From a virus (Duplodnaviria; Heunggongvirae; Uroviricota; Caudoviricetes), in the IMG/VR virus record IMGVR_UViG_3300015214_000024, positions 137,787 to 201,786 of that record: 64,000 nt of DNA; one strand, given 5' to 3'. The translations under genes were made by a program, and so were the position numbers. A model generated the notes under the pieces. It did not search any database and was not told the origin of the DNA. It was given only the letters and a program-made list of their open reading frames with translations. Shown here piece after piece: positions 31,999 through 41,058 of this stretch. The first letter of the stretch is position 1. Each line of letters starts with the position of its first letter.

Positions 31999-33066
31999 AT
32001 GAAAATCGAAGACTCAATCAAATTAGATTTTTCAGACGTACTAATCAAGCCAAAAAGATCTACACTCACAAGCCGCAAAGAAGCGATTCTATCAAGGCCC
32101 TTCACTTTTAAATATTCATCCAGACCTTGGTCAGGTATTCCAATTGTATCAGCAAATATGGATACGACTGGTACTTTCGATATGGCATCTGTGCTTTCAT
32201 ATTATAATATGGTCACAGCTCTGCACAAGCACTATACAATTGATGAAATGTATGAATACATTTCAAATCAAAAATTGCTTACAGTTCAGAATAACTTATT
32301 TGTATCTGTTGGAATCGGCCAGGAAGATTGGGGCAAGTATTTACTTTTAAGAGAAAAACTAGGATATTTCCCTAATGTTTGTATAGACGTCGCTAACGGG
32401 TATATGGAAAAATTTGTTCAATTTTGTACCAATGCAAGAGATACTATTGGTGATAGTGCAATCATTATGGCTGGTAATGTTGTTTCTTCTGAAATGACTG
32501 AACAGCTTATCTTAAAGGGTGTTGATATTGTAAAAGTTGGTATTGGTTCCGGTGCTCATTGTACTACTCGTGTGGTGGCAGGCGTTGGATATCCGCAGCT
32601 ATCAGCCATTATAGAATGTGCCGATGCTGCTCACGGCCTGGGAGGTCATATTTGCAGCGATGGTGGCATTACTAATCCTGGTGATATGGTCAAAGCTTTC
32701 GGTGCCGGCGCCGACTTTGTTATGATCGGAAGTGAATTTGCTGGTCACGATGAAAGTGGTGGTGATGAAGTCTACAATGATGGTGAAATTGTAGGTAAAG
32801 TTACTTACGGTATGAGTTCATCAACTGCTATGAAAAAACATTATGGAAAAGTAGATGAATACCGTTCCAGTGAAGGAAGAACGTCAGTAGTACCATATCG
32901 TGGACCTTTGTTGAATACCATACAATATTATTGTGGAGGATTGCGCTCAGGTATGACATATGTTGGGGCCAAATCTTTAAAAGAGCTAAGTAAGCGAACT
33001 ACATTTATCAGGGTTAACCGAGTTTTGAATGAAAAATATGAAAAAGAAACTTTGACAAAACGGTAA
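31999..33066 (+). CDS. guaC: GMP reductase
   Basis: KLDFSDVLIKPKRSTL.SR, ANMDTTGTF, IDVANGY, KVGIG.G..CTTR, GYPQLSAIIECADAAHG, YR.SEGR. Confidence 0.93.
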   Translation: MKIEDSIKLDFSDVLIKPKRSTLTSRKEAILSRPFTFKYSSRPWSGIPIVSANMDTTGTFDMASVLSYYNMVTALHKHYTIDEMYEYISNQKLLTVQNNLFVSVGIGQEDWGKYLLLREKLGYFPNVCIDVANGYMEKFVQFCTNARDTIGDSAIIMAGNVVSSEMTEQLILKGVDIVKVGIGSGAHCTTRVVAGVGYPQLSAIIECADAAHGLGGHICSDGGITNPGDMVKAFGAGADFVMIGSEFAGHDESGGDEVYNDGEIVGKVTYGMSSSTAMKKHYGKVDEYRSSEGRTSVVPYRGPLLNTIQYYCGGLRSGMTYVGAKSLKELSKRTTFIRVNRVLNEKYEKETLTKR

Positions 33067-33131
33067 TAAAACATTTGACATCGTTCTTCGATATGTTATA
33101 TGTCGTTAGTCAGCAATAAAAGGGCACTTGT

Positions 33132-33503
33132 ATGAAGAAGGTAATTTTGGCAGCGGCGTTGATGCTCGGCGTAACATCGCCCGTGATGGCGACGGTAACG
33201 AATCCGGCATTGCCTCCAGAGACAGTTAATTTAATGATAGTCTCTGTTGGAACACTTTATAATGACAATATGGTCAAGATGACAAATGGTGATGGTAAAT
33301 CAATTACCGTTCATCTTTCAGACTGTGATATTGATTGGAATACTGGTGATTCGTTTTATCTAGTTGTATCACAATCTGGCGCTGCTTATACGGTACCAGT
33401 TGTTGACTTCCAAGTTGCATATCGAATGACTGGGAAGAATTGGAATGATACGGTCAATTTGCTGGCGCGAGCCGGTAAAATGTGCAAAGTACGTGCAGAT
33501 TGA
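33132..33503 (+). CDS. Exported hypothetical protein
   Basis: Signal peptide MKKVILAAALMLG..VMA; upstream TTGACA promoter. Confidence 0.65.
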   Translation: MKKVILAAALMLGVTSPVMATVTNPALPPETVNLMIVSVGTLYNDNMVKMTNGDGKSITVHLSDCDIDWNTGDSFYLVVSQSGAAYTVPVVDFQVAYRMTGKNWNDTVNLLARAGKMCKVRAD

Positions 33504-33548
33504 TAATCTTACATTAAATTAATAAATAATTGTAAGAAATTAAAAACC

Positions 33549-33607
33549 AAAGCCCCTCAAAGGCAGCGGACTCTTAAGTGGGTGGCTTAGCCTTTGGGGG
33601 GTTTTTT
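33549..33607 (+). terminator. Large-loop terminator-like hairpin upstream of the SAM decarboxylase-like gene
   Basis: CCCCTCAAAGGC ... GCCTTTGGGGGG followed by a T tract. Confidence 0.65.
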
Positions 33608-33633
33608 ATGTTCTGTGAAGGGAGAACAAATTA

Positions 33634-34044
33634 ATGGGCATCAGGTTGGAATTTAAGCATATTATGGTTCGTGCTATTGTTAAAAATCCAGTTAAAACCG
33701 TTGATGAGCTTAAAGCTTGGTCTTTGGGGGTAATTGATGCAGTTAATATGAAGGTTGCTGAAATTCCAGGTGAGAAAAATCCTATTGCGTGGAAGTGTGA
33801 AATTCCAGGAAATGAAGGAATGACGCTCGTCGCAGTTATTGAGACTTCTAATTTGGCATACCACGATTGGATTGTTGAAGGCGGCACTATGGTTGAACTT
33901 GATCTTTTTAGTTGCGGCCCGTTCACAAAAGAACAAGTTATTGGTGAAATAATGAAACTTGATCCTATTAGTTTAGAATACAAATTTTTTGATAGAGAGC
34001 ATTCATTGGATTTGCTAGATGAAGGATCGTTCATTTTTGATTGA
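33634..34044 (+). CDS. S-adenosylmethionine decarboxylase-like proenzyme
   Basis: GNEGMT..VIETSNLAYHDW..LDLFSC.PF. Confidence 0.7.
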   Translation: MGIRLEFKHIMVRAIVKNPVKTVDELKAWSLGVIDAVNMKVAEIPGEKNPIAWKCEIPGNEGMTLVAVIETSNLAYHDWIVEGGTMVELDLFSCGPFTKEQVIGEIMKLDPISLEYKFFDREHSLDLLDEGSFIFD

Positions 34045-34046
34045 AT

Positions 34047-34076
34047 GAAAATGCCCTTGGCACCAAGGGCATTTTC
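34047..34076. terminator. Bidirectional terminator
   Basis: GAAAATGCCCTTGG-ca-CCAAGGGCATTTTC between convergent genes. Confidence 0.85.
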
Positions 34077-34089
34077 GTATTTGCCTATA

Positions 34090-34704
34090 TTAAACTAACC
34101 AAGAATAGTATTTCTTAGTCATATCACGTCGATGTGCTAATCCGTTTGTTCCGCCGTTTATACGCTTTGTTACCGCTACAATATTTGATTCTGAAATTGA
34201 TGTGCATAATGACCATAGACTATTATGGTCAAAAAACCACTTAGCTGATTGGAATGCATATTTGGTAAGTACAATATCAGGATTGGAAACTATTTCGTTA
34301 TCGTGCATCGCTTGTGCAAAAAGAGAATAGTTGCTTGAACCAGTAAGTTGGATAGGACCACGGCCGCGGTATTTCCAACCATCACCAGACGCTTCTGACC
34401 CATTTCCCATTCTATTAGAATAAACTTTATTTGCAATCTTAATAGGTTGGCGAGCATATTGGGTAGCCATTGAAATATTTGGAAAATATTTACCAAAAAC
34501 TTTAACTAGTGATTGTGCTGAATAATTTAAATTTTCAGTAAAAATGGTAAAACCGGCCGATTCGTGCGAACATTGGCCAAAAAAATGAGCGCCTTGCGAC
34601 GCAGTCAGCTTAAAAAAAGCAGTTCCTTTTTTTAAAGTTTCAGGACCAAACCCACCATCAGGGACGGCACCAATTTGTTTTTGGAATTCAATAAGTGGAT
34701 TCAT
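34090..34704 (-). CDS. Glycoside hydrolase family 19 endolysin with a short peptidoglycan-binding segment
   Basis: DGGFGPET, Q..HESAG, ENLNYS, DGWKYRGRG.IQLTG..NY, TKRINGGTNG. Confidence 0.92.
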   Translation of the reverse strand: MNPLIEFQKQIGAVPDGGFGPETLKKGTAFFKLTASQGAHFFGQCSHESAGFTIFTENLNYSAQSLVKVFGKYFPNISMATQYARQPIKIANKVYSNRMGNGSEASGDGWKYRGRGPIQLTGSSNYSLFAQAMHDNEIVSNPDIVLTKYAFQSAKWFFDHNSLWSLCTSISESNIVAVTKRINGGTNGLAHRRDMTKKYYSWLV

Positions 34705-34829
34705 TTCAGATCCCCCCTTTTAATTATCTTATAGGTTATTTATTTTGTTAGGATGGCCAGCCCAATAAATAGATTGAGTTTTTGATTTCTATCAATTATA
34801 GTGACTTATAAAAATATGGATTTATTATA

Positions 34830-35975
34830 ATGAAAATTTCAATACCAATTTACTTTTTCACAGGCCTGGCGGCCATTTCAATGGCTTGTGTTGCAGCTTT
34901 TTTTAGTATTACTGGTTTGGCCGCACTGTATGCAGCCGCCGCCGTACCTGTTATTGTAATGGGATCTTGTATTGAATTTAGCAAAATAGTATCAACAGTT
35001 TGGTTGCATCATTTTTGGAAAAAGTCTAATTTCTTGATGGTCGGCACACTGATGTTAATGGTAGTTGCCAGTATGGCTGTCACTAGTGGCGGTGTTTATG
35101 GATATTTGACTGGATCACACGCCAGCCAAGAAGCACCAAATCAACAAAAACAATTAGTAGCTGATAGAATTGACCAACAACTTGCTGTAGAGCAGGATAA
35201 AATCACACGATATCAAGATCGATTAAAATCATTAGATGAAATAGTATCAACTTCGTTAACTCAAGGCAGATATAGTAGCTCAGCAGCGGATAGAATTAAT
35301 CGACGCCAAGCATCAGAACGAAGCCAAATTCAAGAAGAGATAGATGCGACGTATAAACGTATTGACGCCCTTTCAGCACAAAAACTTGACGTAAATCAAG
35401 AACAAAGTATGAGCGAAGCAAAGCTTGGTGCTGTAAAATATCTTGCAGCGTTATTTGGTGCCGACACTTCGAATGCAGTTATGTACTTCACTTTGATTAT
35501 GGTTTTGTTACTTGATCCGTTTGCTATTATTTTAGTCATCGCAACCCAAGTAGCATATGATAATCGTAAAAAGGTAAATGAACCAGTAAAGAAAAGAAAA
35601 TTAATTGCGCCTGAAATACCTGACGAGATTGTTGAAAAATTAGATAATGGCGACGAGTTACCGCCATTTGTTCCCACATTGGACAACGGACCAGAATCTG
35701 CAGACACGTTGGAAGGTCCAACCGATTATGTAATGCATCCAAATAGTGACGAAACAATAGAAGATAAAAAAGAAAAAATAGTTGATTTCTTTAATGATGA
35801 TGAAATTAAAAATGGCATTAATAATGCCGAAGATGAGACTATAATTAAAATTGATGAAGTGGTTAATTCATCCAACATTAGTGATGACGAAAAGGTTGCA
35901 CAAGTATTAAATGCCTTGGGTTCAACTTTATCTCCTGATCGAATGGAAGAAGTTAAGAAACGCTGGTTAGATTGA
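34830..35975 (+). CDS. Membrane protein with coiled coil
   Basis: N-terminal TM helices (AAFFSITGL..GVYGYL), coiled coil, C-terminal TM (LLDPFAI). Confidence 0.7.
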   Translation: MKISIPIYFFTGLAAISMACVAAFFSITGLAALYAAAAVPVIVMGSCIEFSKIVSTVWLHHFWKKSNFLMVGTLMLMVVASMAVTSGGVYGYLTGSHASQEAPNQQKQLVADRIDQQLAVEQDKITRYQDRLKSLDEIVSTSLTQGRYSSSAADRINRRQASERSQIQEEIDATYKRIDALSAQKLDVNQEQSMSEAKLGAVKYLAALFGADTSNAVMYFTLIMVLLLDPFAIILVIATQVAYDNRKKVNEPVKKRKLIAPEIPDEIVEKLDNGDELPPFVPTLDNGPESADTLEGPTDYVMHPNSDETIEDKKEKIVDFFNDDEIKNGINNAEDETIIKIDEVVNSSNISDDEKVAQVLNALGSTLSPDRMEEVKKRWLD

Positions 35976-35985
35976 GGTATTTGTT

Positions 35986-36507
35986 ATGAAAAATTATGGT
36001 TGGTCGTCTCTGATGATAAAATTCAATGAGACAATTAATAATCAAATTATATCGTTTGCTAATCAGGTAATTCCAATCGAATATCAGAGCGATCCAGAAA
36101 ATGGATCAGGTATTGTAACTGATCCACATATCAGTCTTATTACTGATTTGGAAATAACCTATCCAGAACATAAAATACGTGAAATAATAAAAAATATTCC
36201 ATCGTTTAAAGTTGAATTTGGGACCATTTCTTTTTTTAGAAATGACACAGTTGATGTGGCTAAAATTGATATTGAAAGCGATCAATTAAACGAGATTCAT
36301 TATCACCTGAAAGAGTTAATCCCCAATCATTACAAATTTGATGAATATCATCCACATTGTACGTTAGCCTTTGTTAAACCTGGAACGTGTGACTTTATAC
36401 TACAGCAATCAAATTATTTTCGTGGTATAAATTTTCAAGTTGATTGGATTAATTATAATTCAGCCAAAGGCGTGACATATCCTATAAAAATTAATCAAAA
36501 AAGTTAA
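35986..36507 (+). CDS. 2H phosphoesterase (T4 gp57B/Acb1-like)
   Basis: Two HxT/S motifs: PHISL and YHPHCTLAF. Confidence 0.82.
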   Translation: MKNYGWSSLMIKFNETINNQIISFANQVIPIEYQSDPENGSGIVTDPHISLITDLEITYPEHKIREIIKNIPSFKVEFGTISFFRNDTVDVAKIDIESDQLNEIHYHLKELIPNHYKFDEYHPHCTLAFVKPGTCDFILQQSNYFRGINFQVDWINYNSAKGVTYPIKINQKS

Positions 36508-36559
36508 AAAACACGCCAAAAGTGGTTGACTTTTAAGTTATCTGTATATATATTAATAG

Positions 36560-36870
36560 AACATAGACGCTGATGCGTAGTATTCAGTTACTTCGATAGA
36601 ACGCTCAAAACGAATGGCCCTGGCCATTTATTGCACCAGGAGGTGAAAATCCTTCAATTCAAATCGATGGCGGGTAACTCCTAACCTGGTATTTGAAATG
36701 CTAACAGATAAAGGCTAGTTAGCAGGACGGTATTCCTTATTACCAAAGCTTCTGGATACGATATTAACACAGTGTTATGGTCAATTTATTGAGCCCTAAA
36801 GTTAAGGAGGTCACCTTTGAAGGACCGTCCCTGGCTTTAGGGACAATCTAGATCATATCGCTGTCCGATG
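36560..36870 (+). ncRNA. Candidate Y RNA-like structured RNA upstream of the Ro60/TROVE gene
   Basis: ~320-nt non-coding gap after a TTGACT promoter; GTATTCAG(36580)/CTGGATAC(36752) and GGACGGT/ACCGTCC pairings. Confidence 0.55.
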
Positions 36871-36892
36871 AAGAAAAGAAGAGGAAAGAGAT

Positions 36893-38452
36893 ATGAAGTT
36901 CAATACACCAGGTCAAGCACCAATTCAATCACAAACGTCACCAAATACCGTTACTCACGAAGGCGCACCATCATATAAGTTTGATTCCATTATGGAACTT
37001 TATATGGCAGTTGCGACCACACTTATGGGTGAACCAAAGTTTTATGAATCAGGTGATGAACGCGCTAAGCGCATTCGCCGTTTGATTTCCAAAGCAGTCC
37101 AATCTGGTGAAATTGAAACTGTAGCAAAGTTGGCAGTTTACTGCCGTGAAACTTTGAACCTACGTTCAGTCCCAATCTTTATCACTGTATCTTTGGCGAA
37201 GGAAATTCGTGATCAAAAGATCGCCTGGGACGGCCTCCGCCGCCTCGCTAACCGGGTTATTCAACGTGCTGACGAAGTTCGCGAAATGTTCGCTGCTGCT
37301 GAGCAAATTTTCGGTGATAACCAGAACAACAAAGTGTTTAAGCGCATTGTTCCAAAGGCTCTCTTAAAGGGCATCGGTGATTCTTTGAACAAGTTTGATG
37401 AATACCAGATTGCCAAGTACAAGGGTGGTTCAGGCGCAGTGTCGTTCAAGGACGTTCTTCGAGTCATTCACCCAAAGCCAGCTAACGAATCAAAGGGAAT
37501 TCTTTTCGCTAAGATTATGAATGATTCTTTGGCCCCAGCTGACACTTGGGAAAATAAGATCTCAAACGAAGGCTCAACGTCTGAAAATTGGCAAGAAATT
37601 GCCAATGACTCAAAGGTTGGTATTATGGCAAAGCTTCGCAATTTGCGCAACTTTGTCAAGCACAAGGTTGATTTGACAAATGTCATCGCACATTTGACCA
37701 ACCCAGTCGCAGTAGCCAACAGCAAGCAATTGCCATTCCGTTGGTACACTGCGTATCGTGAACTTGGCGGTGAAAGTATGAAGCGCAATTGGTATTACCG
37801 CGCACCAACTCCAGAAGTAGTTGCTCCAGCAAACCTTTTGGGTGCTTTGGAAGATGCTTTTGATTTGTCAATTGCAAACTTGCCAGATTTGGGTGATGAT
37901 GTTTTGATTATCGCTGACCAGAGCGGTTCAATGCAGAGCCCAATCAGTCAAAAGAGCACAGTAACTTGTGCGGAAATCGCCGCTGTTTTGGCAGCCGGTG
38001 TTTGGTTCAACCAAACACGCTTAGGTAAGCGCGCTTTTGTGGCCGGCTTTGCTGATCGCGGTAAGGTCTACTCGTGGAGCAATCGTACATCAGCTTTGGC
38101 TGCGGCTAAAGAAATGATGAATACTGAGCTTGGCGGTTCTACTCGAATTGACACGGCTTGGCAGGCTGCTAAAGCTGCTGGTTTGAAACCATCAACTATT
38201 ATCGTCTTGAGCGATATGCAGATGACGGGCTCACATTATGAGCGTTTGATGGATCCAGAAGCTTATGGCTTGGCCAATGTCAACACTCTTAAATTGTCAG
38301 TTAACCTTCAAGGTTATGACAACACGCCATTGGCTGTTAATAACGGCTGGTACCAGCTAACTGGTTGGAGTGAAAAGATCTTCAGCTTCGTTGAAGCTAT
38401 GCGCAATCCAAGCGATGCGATAAATCAGATCAAGAATTCAATCCAACTTTAA
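36893..38452 (+). CDS. Ro60/TROVE domain ribonucleoprotein with vWA domain
   Basis: KFYESG, LRSVP, RADE, FDEYQIAKY, DVLRVIHPKP, TWE, LRNLRN, SKQLPFR, DQSGSM. Confidence 0.93.
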   Translation: MKFNTPGQAPIQSQTSPNTVTHEGAPSYKFDSIMELYMAVATTLMGEPKFYESGDERAKRIRRLISKAVQSGEIETVAKLAVYCRETLNLRSVPIFITVSLAKEIRDQKIAWDGLRRLANRVIQRADEVREMFAAAEQIFGDNQNNKVFKRIVPKALLKGIGDSLNKFDEYQIAKYKGGSGAVSFKDVLRVIHPKPANESKGILFAKIMNDSLAPADTWENKISNEGSTSENWQEIANDSKVGIMAKLRNLRNFVKHKVDLTNVIAHLTNPVAVANSKQLPFRWYTAYRELGGESMKRNWYYRAPTPEVVAPANLLGALEDAFDLSIANLPDLGDDVLIIADQSGSMQSPISQKSTVTCAEIAAVLAAGVWFNQTRLGKRAFVAGFADRGKVYSWSNRTSALAAAKEMMNTELGGSTRIDTAWQAAKAAGLKPSTIIVLSDMQMTGSHYERLMDPEAYGLANVNTLKLSVNLQGYDNTPLAVNNGWYQLTGWSEKIFSFVEAMRNPSDAINQIKNSIQL

Positions 38453-39159
38453 TGAGAAGGAAAAAGGGCGGGATGCTCAAAAATTGGTATATTCAGAAAG
38501 TTAAAAAGCCCGGCGCTGAAACATTGGATGGCTGGGAGAATTGGACTGAAAAAACCAAAAATGAGCATCCTGCCCTTTATTTTCTGTTTGAAACGTTACC
38601 GAGATTTTTTTCAGTAAAAAAACGCCGAATTTGGGATTTGAAATACCACCTCAAACAAAAATATTTTCACGGATATCACAATTTACGCCTTGATGTAAAA
38701 CGGTTTAAAGCACCGTATAACAAAGAAAGATTGCACAAATATTCGTGGATGGATGCAGATAGTCAAATGGAATTGTTTATGTTCCAAATCTTAGTCAACT
38801 TTATTGAAAAAGAAGTTGGATATAATCAATTTGTCGAAATTGCATATGATGACGAAAAAAACAATACTTCTGATCGATACAAAGAATTACTTGAGCTGTA
38901 TCATTGGTTTATTGACGACTATTGCGATCAATCATTTTCAGATTTGCTACACAAAGAATTGTACGATCAATTTCCAGATTTCAAATCATTACGGAAAACA
39001 TCGCTTTTTTCAAAACCAAAAACCCAGCGTGAACGTGACTATCATCAGGCAAATGCAATAATGATGTCTAAAATATCAGATCGTGATGAAATTCTTGAAG
39101 AACAAATGGGAAACAATTTAATTAAATTGATTAAATTGCGTGGCTGTATGTGGACATAA
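38452..39159 (+). CDS. Hypothetical phage protein
   Basis: TAATG overlap; ends LIKLRGCMWT. Confidence 0.6.
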   Translation: MRRKKGGMLKNWYIQKVKKPGAETLDGWENWTEKTKNEHPALYFLFETLPRFFSVKKRRIWDLKYHLKQKYFHGYHNLRLDVKRFKAPYNKERLHKYSWMDADSQMELFMFQILVNFIEKEVGYNQFVEIAYDDEKNNTSDRYKELLELYHWFIDDYCDQSFSDLLHKELYDQFPDFKSLRKTSLFSKPKTQRERDYHQANAIMMSKISDRDEILEEQMGNNLIKLIKLRGCMWT

Positions 39160-39220
39160 TTTGTTTGACAAAGAAAATAAACCAGTATAATATGCAATAT
39201 CAACCCAAATAGGAGATTAA

Positions 39221-39736
39221 ATGAAAACTCAAACTGTTAAAATGAATAGGGATATTAGGGAACAATCGGTTCGTCTTATTGACGAAAACGGTAACCAATT
39301 AGGAATTATGCCTACCAACACTGCTCTGAATCTTGCCGCCGAGCGAGAACTAGATTTGGTAGAAATTAATCCCGGTGAAATTCCAGTTTGTAAAATTATG
39401 GATTGGGGCAAAGAGCAGTATCGAAAGAAAAAGCTCAAGCACCAGCAGCAAATTAACAGCAAGAAACAAGAAACAAAAGAGCTGTATCTCCGACCAGTAA
39501 CTGGTGAACACGACATTCAGATTAAAGTGCGCCAGGCAATGAAGTTCTTAGAGCAAGGACACAAGGTTAAAATTGGTATGAAATTCCAAGGCCGAGAAAT
39601 GGCCCACCGCGATGTTGGCCAATCAGTTATGGAATCGATTATTGATCAATTTTCCAATCGGTCTATTGAACATATGCCATTCCGTAATAATCAAATCCAG
39701 ATCATCATTTCGCCCACACCAAGTAAGGCGAAATGA
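39221..39736 (+). CDS. infC: Translation initiation factor IF-3
   Basis: VRLIDENG.QLG, LDLVEI, PVCKIMD.GK, HDIQIK, FQGREMAH. Confidence 0.93.
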   Translation: MKTQTVKMNRDIREQSVRLIDENGNQLGIMPTNTALNLAAERELDLVEINPGEIPVCKIMDWGKEQYRKKKLKHQQQINSKKQETKELYLRPVTGEHDIQIKVRQAMKFLEQGHKVKIGMKFQGREMAHRDVGQSVMESIIDQFSNRSIEHMPFRNNQIQIIISPTPSKAK

Positions 39737-39951
39737 ATAAAGATTATTCTATAAATTATAGGGATAAATCTTGCCGTATCCCACATTCAGGATATATGAT
39801 ATTAGTGGATCAATTGATGCTAAAGCCGGACGACATTATTGAGAAGACAATTGATCTTTTTATTTCGTCCGGTGTTGATTTTAGACAGATCCATCTCTAT
39901 GTTTCATACAGTAATGATGGAAATCATATTATTAATCTAATGGCATTATAA
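39733..39951 (+). CDS. Hypothetical protein
   Basis: ATGA overlap with the upstream gene. Confidence 0.5.
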   Translation: MNKDYSINYRDKSCRIPHSGYMILVDQLMLKPDDIIEKTIDLFISSGVDFRQIHLYVSYSNDGNHIINLMAL

Positions 39952-39953
39952 CA

Positions 39954-40652
39954 ATGACTAATTTTGCATTTGATGTTGATGGTACTTTAACTGACAGCCG
40001 CCGGATAATTGATCCAGCATTCAAAGAATTCTTTTTAAATTTCACTAAAGAGAATACCGTATATCTAGTAACTGGTAGTGATTATCCAAAAACACTTGAA
40101 CAAGTTGGTGACGAAATACTTAATAGTGTTGAAGCTGTTTTTTGCTGTTGCGGTAATGCAGAATATCGAAAAGGCCAACTAATATCGCAAAGCGATTTTA
40201 AAGTCAATGACCAACTTCGATCGTTCTTCCTTGAAATGATGAACGAGAGCCAATTTTATCCCAAAACTGGAAACCATATTGAAGAACGAATCGGTATGGT
40301 TAATTTCAGTATTGTGGGTCGTAATGCAACTTTAGAGGACCGACAGGATTATATCATTTGGGATAAAATGACTTATGAGCGGGAAATAATTAAAAGCTGC
40401 ATTGAAGATCGGTTTGATGAACTTGAAGTTACCCTGGGTGGCGAAACTGGACTTGATATCTACCCAAAAGGAAAAGACAAGTCACAAGTTGCAGATTTGA
40501 TCAGTCCATTCATATTTTTCGGTGACCGTATTGAAGAAGGCGGTAATGATTTGACAATTGCCCAAAAAGCTACTATACACTATAATGTAAGCGGGTGGAA
40601 AGACACTTATTCTATTTTGAAAGAAAAATATACCAATGGCAAGTGTGAGTAA
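39954..40652 (+). CDS. HAD-family phosphomannomutase-like protein
   Basis: FDVDGTLT, LVTGSD, IEER.GM.NFS..GRNA, GKDK, FFGD...GGND. Confidence 0.88.
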   Translation: MTNFAFDVDGTLTDSRRIIDPAFKEFFLNFTKENTVYLVTGSDYPKTLEQVGDEILNSVEAVFCCCGNAEYRKGQLISQSDFKVNDQLRSFFLEMMNESQFYPKTGNHIEERIGMVNFSIVGRNATLEDRQDYIIWDKMTYEREIIKSCIEDRFDELEVTLGGETGLDIYPKGKDKSQVADLISPFIFFGDRIEEGGNDLTIAQKATIHYNVSGWKDTYSILKEKYTNGKCE

Positions 40653-40911
40653 AAAATTTAAAGTCAGTGGTGGAAGATACACTGGACAGGTTCATCCAGG
40701 TACTAATTCACCAGTGGTTGAATGGTTTGCGACTAATTTAGAAATGCCATCTAAGAGAGCAGCCATAAAGTGGATGAATGATAAACGCAAAGCGTATCAA
40801 GCCAGCGGTATAATGACGACTTTTTCGTATCACGAATCAATATCAAAATCATATGATATTGTAGAAGACGAAAAAGGTAAAATTAAATTATGGTGTTTCG
40901 GCCGCGGATAA
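40636..40911 (+). CDS. Hypothetical protein
   Basis: ORF in operon. Confidence 0.5.
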   Translation: MASVSKKFKVSGGRYTGQVHPGTNSPVVEWFATNLEMPSKRAAIKWMNDKRKAYQASGIMTTFSYHESISKSYDIVEDEKGKIKLWCFGRG

Positions 40912-40965
40912 TATTATATCTAGCCACATTATAAATATTTGAGTATCATTTAAAGGAGTGAAAAG

Positions 40966-41020
40966 ATGACACGAACTACTAGCTGACCATCCAGCAAATC
41001 ACTAGGATTGTTGGATGGTC
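40966..41020 (+). promoter_or_regulatory. Thr-rich leader peptide MTRTTS (40966..40986) and overlapping hairpin upstream of ThrRS
   Basis: AAGGAG SD, ATG ACA CGA ACT ACT AGC TGA; GACCATCCAGCAAATC/GATTGTTGGATGGTC stem. Confidence 0.7.
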
Positions 41021-41058
41021 GTATTCAACATTTTCTAACGTGATTTAATAGGAGATCA

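Noticed and set aside
218-38000. Numerous antisense or alternate-frame ORFs nested in large genes
   Set aside because: They lie fully inside well-supported CDSs and show no motifs
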